DNA from: an uncultured Paludibacter sp.
GTDB taxonomy: Bacteria; Bacteroidota; Bacteroidia; Bacteroidales; Paludibacteraceae
Direction: 5' to 3'
DNA: 56,284 bases
Assembly: GCA_964515675.1 (NCBI GenBank)
Contig: CAZEVV010000001.1
Span: 1-56,284 of the forward strand
The stretch's first letter is position 1. The number at the start of each line of letters is the position of its first letter. The notes below the pieces were generated by a model that saw only the letters and a program-made list of their open reading frames with translations, did no database searches and had not been told where the DNA came from. Positions 30,112-39,050 of the stretch are shown in pieces. Made by a program: the position numbers and the translations under genes.

Positions 30112-31026
30112 TTATTTACAATCCAAAGCACCAATAATTTGTCGCACATCGGTGTAACCATGGCGCACAAGATATTGTTCGATACCTTCTAAAACTTTTA
30201 TCGTTACAGTGGGGTCGATAAAATTGGCTGTGCCAATTTGTATGGCTGTTGCACCAGCCAACAAAAACTCGATAGCATCTGTAGCATTCATTATGCCACC
30301 CATTCCCACAACTGGTACTTTTACAGCATTGGCAACTTGCCAAACCATGCGCAAGGCAATTGGCTTAACAGCCGGCCCCGAAAGCCCACCTGTGATGGTC
30401 GATAAAATTGGTTTTCGTTTTTCGGCATCGATGGCCATACCCAACAAAGTGTTGATGAGCGATATCGAATCGGCTCCTTCGGCCTCAACTGCTCTTGCAA
30501 TCTCCGAAATGTCGGTAACATTAGGCGAAAGCTTCACCATAAGTTCTTTTTGATATACCCTTCGCACATCTTTAACTACCTGAGCAGCAGACGGACAGCT
30601 AGTTCCGAAAGCCATTCCACCTTCCTTTACATTTGGACAAGAAATATTTAGTTCGATACCAGTGATAAGTTCGAGGTCGTTGATGGCCTCAGCAGTCGCA
30701 ATATAGTCCTCGATAGTAGAACCCGACACATTCACAAATATATCGGTGTTTACATCGCTAATTTCGGGATAAATGTTATTAATAAAATAATCGACACCCT
30801 TATTTTGCAGTCCCACAGCGTTTAACATGCCCGAAGGCGTTTCGGCCATACGTGGATATGCATTGCCCTGACGGTCGCGAAGAGTAGTTCCTTTTACAAC
30901 TATACCGCCAATTCGCGACAAATCAATAAAGTCGGCATACTCTTTACCATAGCCAAAAGTACCCGATGCAGTCATCACCGGATTTTTGAGCTGAAGTTTA
31001 CCTAAATCAACTTTTAAATTTACCAT
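30112..31026 (-). CDS. pyrD: Dihydroorotate dehydrogenase family 1B, catalytic subunit
   Basis: [38 protein letters not shown]. Confidence 0.96.
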   Translation of the reverse strand: MVNLKVDLGKLQLKNPVMTASGTFGYGKEYADFIDLSRIGGIVVKGTTLRDRQGNAYPRMAETPSGMLNAVGLQNKGVDYFINNIYPEISDVNTDIFVNVSGSTIEDYIATAEAINDLELITGIELNISCPNVKEGGMAFGTSCPSAAQVVKDVRRVYQKELMVKLSPNVTDISEIARAVEAEGADSISLINTLLGMAIDAEKRKPILSTITGGLSGPAVKPIALRMVWQVANAVKVPVVGMGGIMNATDAIEFLLAGATAIQIGTANFIDPTVTIKVLEGIEQYLVRHGYTDVRQIIGALDCK

Positions 31027-31790
31027 TTCAGTTTTGTAATATTAAATACAGGACCCTCAGTACACACACACACATGCCCATCCACCGAATCGGTAACACA
31101 GCACAAGCAAGTTCCTATGCCACAAGCCATGGTGTTTTCGAGCGAAACTTCACAATCCACATTGTTTTTTTGTGCATAGGCAGCCACGGCTTTCATCATT
31201 GGCGTAGGGCCACAAGTGTAAATTGCATCGAAATTTATATCTGTAAGAATTGAATGATTCGTAACAAAGCCTTTTTCGCCTACCGATCCATCTTCGGTGG
31301 TACAATAAAGCTCACCATATTTTTTAAACTCATCGAGTTGCAACAAATTAGCTTCGGAACGACCGCCCATTAAAAATATTGGTTTAAAACCCATTTCTTT
31401 GAGCTTAGCGCCCCAAAACAACATTGGAGCAATACCAACACCACCACCAACAAGCAAAAGCTTAGCGTCGTGCGATTGAGGTAAACTAAAGCTGTTGCCC
31501 AATGGAAGAATCAAATTTACGCTATCATTGGGTTTAAGTTCGCCAAGTTTACGCGTTCCATCGCCCACTTTTTGAATTAAAAGCCATAATTCATTGTTTT
31601 CTTTATCAAAAAAATTGATTGAAATAGGGCGCCTTAAAAAAGTTGTTGGAGAATTATCGACACGCACTTCAACAAACTGACCAGGAAGCATTTCCGGAAG
31701 TGGCGCAGTATGGGTGAGAATAAGCAGAAAATACTGATCGTTGAGCCGCGAATTGCTTTTAACCAGTAAATCGAGCATGAATTTCTTCAT
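31020..31790 (-). CDS. pyrK: Dihydroorotate dehydrogenase electron transfer subunit
   Basis: [43 protein letters not shown]. Confidence 0.95.
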   Translation of the reverse strand: MKKFMLDLLVKSNSRLNDQYFLLILTHTAPLPEMLPGQFVEVRVDNSPTTFLRRPISINFFDKENNELWLLIQKVGDGTRKLGELKPNDSVNLILPLGNSFSLPQSHDAKLLLVGGGVGIAPMLFWGAKLKEMGFKPIFLMGGRSEANLLQLDEFKKYGELYCTTEDGSVGEKGFVTNHSILTDINFDAIYTCGPTPMMKAVAAYAQKNNVDCEVSLENTMACGIGTCLCCVTDSVDGHVCVCTEGPVFNITKLKW

Positions 31791-32161
31791 TTGAGTTGAA
31801 ATATTTTGTTAGTAATTATAAAAACGAATCGATTTTTATTCAATCATTCAATTTGGCTACAAAATTACGCAAAATTATTTCAAATTTAAAGCAAAGCGTA
31901 TTAAAAACTCAAATTCGATAAAAAATTATCAAAATATGGATAAGTATTTAGTATTGTTGAATGTGGCATATTGCCTCGGTTTAGCAGTAAATTGATAATG
32001 CAAAGAAAAACAGCACATTTGTAAGTTATAATACAAGGCATTGAATTATTTACAATACTTACAAGAGAATTAACTTAGGCTGTAATAATAATAAAAATTC
32101 ATTATCTACATAGCAATGACGACAATTTCGTAATTCAACGAATTTTTATGCAAAAATCACT

Positions 32162-32665
32162 TTATTTATTATTTTCAAATTCATCAAAGGTATTGTCCGA
32201 ATAATAAATAATAATTTTTTTCACTTTGCGCGAGTCGGGCACACGAATAATAGTTTCGAGCTGTTGCTGAGGCATAGCAGCTTCATTTGGCTCGCTATTT
32301 ATCGCCTTGCTTGCAAATTCTTTCTCAATTTTCTGGTTGCTCAAAATATTCGATGCTTTTTCAGCCCCTTCATTTCTACTGTAATTACTTGTATTTGAAT
32401 CAGTTTCATCGTAATTATCGAACAAAGTAGGCACTTGAGAATTTGATTCCTGACGATAAATAGGACCAACGCCCAAAATAAGCCAATCTGAGCTAATGTT
32501 TTTAAATCTTTTGAGTATTCTGCTTAGTACATCTAAACTCGGTTTGTTGCGTCCATTAATAATATGCGATAGCGTAGAGCTCTGAATGCCTATTTCAGCA
32601 GCAAATTGAGCAGCATTCAAATTTTCGAGCTGCATTATTCTGTCAATTTTATCTCTTTCAGTCAT
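32162..32665 (-). CDS. XRE/Cro-C1 helix-turn-helix transcriptional regulator
   Basis: FAAEIGIQSSTLSHIINGRNKPSLD HTH, WLILGVG, C-terminal KIIIYYSDNTF. Confidence 0.88.
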   Translation of the reverse strand: MTERDKIDRIMQLENLNAAQFAAEIGIQSSTLSHIINGRNKPSLDVLSRILKRFKNISSDWLILGVGPIYRQESNSQVPTLFDNYDETDSNTSNYSRNEGAEKASNILSNQKIEKEFASKAINSEPNEAAMPQQQLETIIRVPDSRKVKKIIIYYSDNTFDEFENNK

Positions 32666-33260
32666 ATAAATATATTATTAATGTAAATATTTACAATTGT
32701 GTTTGTGTTTGCAAATGTAAAACAAATAATTTACATATGCAATAGGTTTACAAATCTATATAAATACATTTGTAACTGTACTTTTGTAAAGTAATTCGAT
32801 TACATTTATAAACAGTGTATATCCTATAATGAGCTATAAAACATAAGGTTTTATAACATTTATAAAGTAGTATATTAGCTTAATCAAAACTTTATATATA
32901 TTATTTTAAATTATTGATATAATGGTGTTTGATAGATATTTATAGTCATTTGATAGTATTTTAACAGTTAGAGCTGTGATTTTGTATATTCAATTAAATT
33001 TATAAATTAGATACATATTTTAAAACGCTGATTTTAAGCATTATAATCTGCTTTTTTAACAGTTTTACAACTTGAATTTATTGTGTACAAATGTCAATGT
33101 ACACAAATGTATATAGCATGGTAGTTGTAATGATTTATTGATTTATGTATATGGTTACATTTAGATATGTAAATTATAAGTTGTGTATAAATTTACATGT
33201 CTGCATTTATGTTCGTGCACATTTGTAAATACAACTGTAAATTTACATTTCTACAATATA
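32666..33260. promoter_or_regulatory. AT-rich tract with clustered TGTAAA/TTTACA motifs (putative operator array) and divergent TACATTTG promoter elements
   Basis: Palindromes TGTAAATATTTACA (32682-32695) and TGTAAATTTACA (33236-33247); more than 10 half-sites; TACATTTG on the minus strand at 32712-32719 and on the plus strand at 32765-32772. Confidence 0.5.
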
Positions 33261-33899
33261 TGATACTTTATTTTTTTTTATATCTATTGATCCACTTATT
33301 CGATTTCATTAAATTTGATTCTCATTATTTTTTTTGTCATTTTATCATTGTCAAAGTTTAGATTTGGTTGATCATATTTGCTCGGACACTTAGAAAAGCA
33401 CATGAGCAGTTTTGTAGAAATAAGCAAGTATTTAAATGAAATTTTAAAAATCGCTTCAACTACCCCATTTTTGAATAATGAAAATTTCATTTTACTCAAA
33501 TTTATTGCCTTTACTGTCCAATTTTCTATTTTGATTAAAATTTAACACAATTAAAACCTCATTATATTTCTATATAACAGTCACTTACATTAAAATATAG
33601 CCGCTGAGATTTTCATATTTTTTTTTGATTTGTATTGTGTACATAAATTTTTTATTCTGAAGCAATAATTTTTGGGTTTTTGAGCTTGAATAATAAATTA
33701 TGAGTGAAACAATTTTACACAGACATCACTCTGCAATTTTCGAATGCTAATAATATTTTTCATAATTAAATTCGACTTTATTGCTACGAGTGAAATTAAA
33801 AATTGTATTGAAAAAAATTGAAATGTGATTTCGTATTTTCTACTCAAAATACCTAATTGAATTTTTGAAGTTTTAAAAATTGATGGCGACTGAAAGTAA

Positions 33900-33970
33900 G
33901 TCCTCAACCCCCAACCTTATTTAACTGAGGGTTCGACTGAGAGCTCAGGCCAAAGCATAAAGGTTGAATT
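33900..33970. repeat. REP-like composite element
   Basis: GTCCTCAACCCCCAACCTT...AAGGTTGAATT enclosing TTCGACTGAGAGCTCAG. Confidence 0.45.
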
Positions 33971-34186
33971 ATGAATAGGTCGTTTAAACATTTTTGAATT
34001 GATGCATTGTGTTTTTTGTTTAAATTACTCAATATAATATCAGGCCTTTGATGCATTTATATTTCAAAGTATTGTTTTCGCACTATATGTTTGAAAATTT
34101 CACGAAACAAGTATTTTGTACTAAGTATATGAAGAATAATTTCACATTTTCTGATATAAAAACATATTAAATAAGGAGCAAATAAA

Positions 34187-34230
34187 TGCATAAATATACA
34201 TATAAATATCAACCGTTGAAATTTTATTCA
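34187..34230 (+). promoter_or_regulatory. Two ARG-box-like sites upstream of carAB
   Basis: TGCATAAATATACA (34187-34200) and TGAAATTTTATTCA (34217-34230), each one mismatch from TGMATwwwwATKCA. Confidence 0.45.
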
Positions 34231-34267
34231 TTTTTTTCAATTTTAAACAATAATAGTATGCAATAAA

Positions 34268-34299
34268 TTTGTAGAATTAGCAAAAAAGCAGTAATTTTG
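34268..34299 (+). promoter_or_regulatory. Bacteroidetes housekeeping promoter for carAB
   Basis: TTTG, 20-nt spacer, TAATTTTG. Confidence 0.7.
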
Positions 34300-34396
34300 T
34301 ACAAATTTGGACATTTCGAAAATGCGACACGAAAAGTGCTTACAATTTGTCGGATTTGAAAATTTGAAATAGAAAAAAGAATACATTATATTATAT

Positions 34397-37300
34397 ATGC
34401 AAAAGTACAAGCCATTTCATTTAGTATTAGAAGATGGCACCATTTTCGAAGGGAAGTCATTCGGATTCGAAAAAGCGGTTGCCGGTGAAGTAGTTTTTAA
34501 TACAGCCATGGTCGGGTATCCCGAAAGTCTCACCGACCCTTCTTATTCGGGTCAGTTGTTGGCAGTAACCTTCCCATTGGTTGGCAATTATGGTGTTCCC
34601 AACGACATCATCGAAAACGGTCTTTCAGCTTTTTACGAATCGGAAAAAATCCAGGCATCAGCTTTGATTATTTCCGATTTTTCTTTTGAACACAGTCATT
34701 GGAACGCTGTTAAAAGCCTAAGTGATTGGTTGAAAGAGCAGGAAGTACCTGGAATTTTTGGTATCGACACACGCGAATTAACAAAATTGGTGCGCGAAAA
34801 AGGAACGATGCGCGGCAAATTGGTTTTTCCTGATGGTGAAGATATTGAATTTATCAATCCTGATGACGAAAACCAAGTTGCTAAAGTGAGTTGCAAAGAA
34901 ATAATTACTTATGGAACAGGAAAACATAGAGTTTTGTTGGTGGATTGCGGAGTGAAACACAATATTATACGTTGTTTGCTAAAACGCGACACAACAGTAA
35001 TTCGTGTGCCATGGGATTATGATTTTAACCATATTGAGTTTGATGGTTTGTTTATTTCGAACGGACCGGGCGACCCTGAATATGCAAAAGATACAGTGCG
35101 CCACATACAAAAAACAATGGAAACGGGTAAACCAATTTTCGGTATTTGTATGGGCAATCAGTTACTTTCGGTGGCTGGTGGTGCCAAAACTTACAAACTT
35201 AAATACGGTCACCGTAGCCATAACCAACCCGTTCAATTGGCTGGTACACAACGTGCTTTTATCACTTCGCAAAATCATGGTTTTGCGGTTGACAATGCCA
35301 CCTTGGGTAACGACTGGGAAGCATTGTTTGTGAATATGAATGATGGTACGAACGAAGGTATTCGTCATAAAACTATGCCTTGGTTTTCGGCACAATTTCA
35401 TCCCGAGGCAGCTTCGGGACCAACCGACACTGAGTTTTTGTTTGATGTTTTTATAAAAACTTTGGATGGATCAAACGCAACAATTCCACAATTGATTGAA
35501 GCAGAAATGGATGCACGTTTGGTAAAAAAACAACTTTACCAAGGTGTTGAAAAATCGGAGATTAAAAAAGTTCTGGTTTTGGGTTCGGGTGCATTAAAAA
35601 TTGGTGAGGCAGGCGAGTTCGACTACTCTGGATCGCAAGCACTAAAAGCTTTGAAGGAAGAAGGAATTGAGACAATACTTATCAACCCGAACATTGCAAC
35701 AGTACAAACATCGGAAGGAATTGCCGACAAAGTTTATTTTTTGCCAGTAACGCCCGATTTTGTGGAGCGTGTTATCGAACGCGAACGCCCTGATAGTGTG
35801 TTTCTTTCGTTTGGTGGACAAACAGCTTTGAATTGTGGTGTGGCATTATTCAAAAATAAAATATTCGAAAAATACAATGTTCGCGTTTTGGGTACGCCTG
35901 TACAATCGATTATTGATACTGAAGACCGCGAAATTTTCAATCAGAAATTATCCGAGATTGATGTAAAATATATTAAGAGTGAAGCAGTTACAACAGTAAA
36001 AGATGCTTTGCGTGCGGCTAACGAATTGGGTTACCCGGTAATTGTGCGTGCAGCCTATGCATTGGGCGGATTGGGAAGTGGATTTTGCGACAATGATGAA
36101 GAAATGTTATCATTGGCAACAAAAGCATTCTCGTACTCGACACAGGTATTGGTCGAAAAATCGCTCAAAGGTTGGAAAGAAATTGAATATGAAGTTGTTC
36201 GCGACCGTTACGATAACTGTATCACAGTTTGTAATATGGAAAACTTCGACCCACTCGGCATTCATACAGGCGAAAGTATTGTGGTTGCACCTTCGCAAAC
36301 ACTTACCAACAGCGAATATCATAAATTGCGTGAGCTGGCCATACGCATTATTCGCCATATCGGAATTGTGGGCGAATGTAATGTGCAATATGCTTTCGAT
36401 CCATTTTCGGAAGATTACCGCGTTATTGAAGTGAATGCTCGTTTGAGCCGTTCGTCGGCATTGGCCTCAAAAGCAACAGGTTACCCTTTAGCATTTGTAG
36501 CGGCAAAACTAGGATTGGGTTATGGTTTACCCGAATTGAAAAACACGGTAACGAAAGATACTTCGGCATTTTTTGAACCCGCACTCGATTATATTGTATG
36601 TAAAATTCCTCGTTGGGATTTGGCAAAATTCCATGGTGTAAGTCGCGAAATTGGTTCGTCGATGAAATCGGTAGGCGAAATTATGTCGATTGGTCGTACT
36701 TTCGAAGAAGCTTTCCAGAAAGGATTGCGCATGATACAACAAGGAATGCACGGATTTGTTGCCAACAAAGAACTGTATACCAACGAATTGGACAAAGACC
36801 TATCCTCGCCTACGGATAAACGTGTGTTTTACTTGTCGCAAGCATTTGAACAAGGTTACAGTGTAGATAGAATATACGAATTAACCAAAATTGATCGTTG
36901 GTTTTTGCACAAACTCAAAAATATTATCGACACTTCGCACGAAATTGAAGCATTTGAGAACAAAGAAGCTTTGCCAACCGATTTATTTAGAAAAGCAAAA
37001 CAAATTGGTTTCTCCGATTATCAAATTTCGAAACTTATATACAAGCAACAAATGCCTGCCGATACCATTCGCAACGAACGTATCAAACGCGGCATTGTGC
37101 CAGTAGTGAAACAAATTGATACTTTGGCTGCCGAATATCCTGCGCAAACCAACTATTTGTATCTCACTTACAATGGAATAAGCAACGATGTAAAATATCT
37201 TGGCGACCGTCGTTCGATGATTGTATTGGGTTCGGGTGCTTATCGTATTGGCTCGTCGGTTGAATTCGACTGGTGTTCGGTGAATGCATTGAATACAATT

Positions 37301-38755
37301 CGCAAAGAAGGTTACCGTTCGGTAATGATAAATTACAACCCCGAAACTGTTTCGACCGACTACGACATGTGCGACCGCTTGTACTTTGATGAGTTAAGCT
37401 ACGAACGTGTGCGCGACATTATTGAACTCGAAAATCCGAATGGTGTAATTGTATCAACAGGCGGACAAATACCTAATAATTTGGCAGTTAAGCTCGACAA
37501 AGCTGGTGTTCGTATTTTAGGTACACAAGCCAAAGATATTGACAATGCCGAAGATAGACATAAATTCTCGTCGATGCTCGACCGTTTGGGTATTGACCAA
37601 CCACGTTGGAAAGAATTGAGTTCGATGGACGATATACATTCGTTTGTCGACGAGGTAGGTTTTCCATTATTGGTGCGTCCATCTTATGTACTATCGGGAG
37701 CAGCAATGAATGTGTGTTCGAACAAAAGTGAGCTAGAGCGTTTTCTTACTCTTGCAACCGAAGTTTCGCGTGAGCATCCGGTGGTAGTTTCGGAGTTTAT
37801 CGAATATGCTAAAGAAATTGAGATTGACGCAGTTGCACAAAATGGCGAATTGGTTGTTTATGCCATTTCGGAACACGTAGAGTTTGCAGGCGTACACTCG
37901 GGGGATGCCACGATACAGTTTCCGCCGCAAAAAATTTACACGCAAACGGTGCGTCGTATCAAACAAATTGCACGCGAAATTGCACGTGAGCTTCATATTT
38001 CGGGACCATTCAACATTCAGTTTTTGGCCAAAGACAACGACATAAAAGTAATCGAATGCAACCTTCGTGCTTCTCGATCATTCCCATTCGTATCAAAAGT
38101 ATTGAAAATAAACTTCATAGAATTGGCAACGCAGGTAATGATGGGCATGCAAGTTGAAAAGCCTGAGAAATCGGCCTTCGACCTTGATTATGTGGGTATT
38201 AAGGCTTCGCAATTCTCGTTTACGCGTTTGCAAAAAGCCGACCCAGTATTGGGTGTCGACATGGCTTCGACGGGTGAAGTTGGTTGTATAGGCACACATT
38301 TCGATGATGCATTATTAACAGCTATGCTCTCGGTAGGTTATCGCATTCCGAAACAAAATATTTTGGTATCGTCGGGGTCCACAAAATCGAAAGTCGACCT
38401 TTTAGATGCCTGTCGGATATTGGCTAAAAACAATTATAATTTGTTTGCTACTGGTGGTACGCACAAATTCCTTATCGAGAACGAAGTGCCTTGTACACAC
38501 GTAGGCTGGCCCGATGAAGATGCCGAGCTTAAAGCAATGGATATGATAAATGATAAGAAATTCGATTTGGTTATCAACATTCCAAAAAATCTCACCGAGC
38601 GCGAATTGACCAATGGTTACAAAATTCGTCGTGGCGCCATCGATTTCAATATCCCATTAATTACCAATGCTCGTTTGGCTTCGGCCTTTATAAAAGCATT
38701 CTGTAAAATGCAACAAGATGGCATTGCCATCAAGCATTGGGAAGAGTATAAATAA
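34397..38755 (+). CDS. carAB: Fused carbamoyl-phosphate synthase small and large subunits (CarA-CarB)
   Basis: CarA part: GEVVFNT, SNGPGDP, GICMG, QFHPEA; continues in frame into CarB: KKVLVLGSGALKIG, two ATP-grasp domains and an MGS domain; 1452 aa. Confidence 0.95.
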   Translation: MQKYKPFHLVLEDGTIFEGKSFGFEKAVAGEVVFNTAMVGYPESLTDPSYSGQLLAVTFPLVGNYGVPNDIIENGLSAFYESEKIQASALIISDFSFEHSHWNAVKSLSDWLKEQEVPGIFGIDTRELTKLVREKGTMRGKLVFPDGEDIEFINPDDENQVAKVSCKEIITYGTGKHRVLLVDCGVKHNIIRCLLKRDTTVIRVPWDYDFNHIEFDGLFISNGPGDPEYAKDTVRHIQKTMETGKPIFGICMGNQLLSVAGGAKTYKLKYGHRSHNQPVQLAGTQRAFITSQNHGFAVDNATLGNDWEALFVNMNDGTNEGIRHKTMPWFSAQFHPEAASGPTDTEFLFDVFIKTLDGSNATIPQLIEAEMDARLVKKQLYQGVEKSEIKKVLVLGSGALKIGEAGEFDYSGSQALKALKEEGIETILINPNIATVQTSEGIADKVYFLPVTPDFVERVIERERPDSVFLSFGGQTALNCGVALFKNKIFEKYNVRVLGTPVQSIIDTEDREIFNQKLSEIDVKYIKSEAVTTVKDALRAANELGYPVIVRAAYALGGLGSGFCDNDEEMLSLATKAFSYSTQVLVEKSLKGWKEIEYEVVRDRYDNCITVCNMENFDPLGIHTGESIVVAPSQTLTNSEYHKLRELAIRIIRHIGIVGECNVQYAFDPFSEDYRVIEVNARLSRSSALASKATGYPLAFVAAKLGLGYGLPELKNTVTKDTSAFFEPALDYIVCKIPRWDLAKFHGVSREIGSSMKSVGEIMSIGRTFEEAFQKGLRMIQQGMHGFVANKELYTNELDKDLSSPTDKRVFYLSQAFEQGYSVDRIYELTKIDRWFLHKLKNIIDTSHEIEAFENKEALPTDLFRKAKQIGFSDYQISKLIYKQQMPADTIRNERIKRGIVPVVKQIDTLAAEYPAQTNYLYLTYNGISNDVKYLGDRRSMIVLGSGAYRIGSSVEFDWCSVNALNTIRKEGYRSVMINYNPETVSTDYDMCDRLYFDELSYERVRDIIELENPNGVIVSTGGQIPNNLAVKLDKAGVRILGTQAKDIDNAEDRHKFSSMLDRLGIDQPRWKELSSMDDIHSFVDEVGFPLLVRPSYVLSGAAMNVCSNKSELERFLTLATEVSREHPVVVSEFIEYAKEIEIDAVAQNGELVVYAISEHVEFAGVHSGDATIQFPPQKIYTQTVRRIKQIAREIARELHISGPFNIQFLAKDNDIKVIECNLRASRSFPFVSKVLKINFIELATQVMMGMQVEKPEKSAFDLDYVGIKASQFSFTRLQKADPVLGVDMASTGEVGCIGTHFDDALLTAMLSVGYRIPKQNILVSSGSTKSKVDLLDACRILAKNNYNLFATGGTHKFLIENEVPCTHVGWPDEDAELKAMDMINDKKFDLVINIPKNLTERELTNGYKIRRGAIDFNIPLITNARLASAFIKAFCKMQQDGIAIKHWEEYK

Positions 38756-38762
38756 GATAATT

Positions 38763-38803
38763 AAGCTGTATTCGTAATGCTAAATTTCGAATACAGCTTT
38801 TTT
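38763..38803 (+). terminator. Terminator after carAB
   Basis: AAGCTGTATTCG...CGAATACAGCTT followed by a T-run. Confidence 0.8.
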
Positions 38804-39002
38804 AATTTTAAAATTTATAGCGCATTTAACAAAAAAAGCTAATTTTACTTTCAGTTCGGTTTACAAAATCTGCTTTTTTAGCAATAGAAGCTAACAGGTA
38901 TATACTTTTCACATTTGTACTATTAAGGCTTTTGTTATAATAGTATTTTTTTACGACAATATTTTTTCAGCATTACAGTACACTGTAACATGCTGATATA
39001 CA

Positions 39003-39016
39003 GTTGGTATACCAAC
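39003..39016. promoter_or_regulatory. Perfect palindrome, candidate GntR/FadR-type operator
   Basis: GTTGGTATACCAAC, 34 nt upstream of the second carB start codon. Confidence 0.4.
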
Positions 39017-39050
39017 AAAACAATAAAACAATAAAACTAAAAGAATAATA

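Noticed and set aside
33296-33907. ORFs 33296-33499 and 33698-33907 in the AT-rich tract
   Set aside because: Short, TTG starts, composition typical of AT-rich non-coding DNA; cannot be supported without homology
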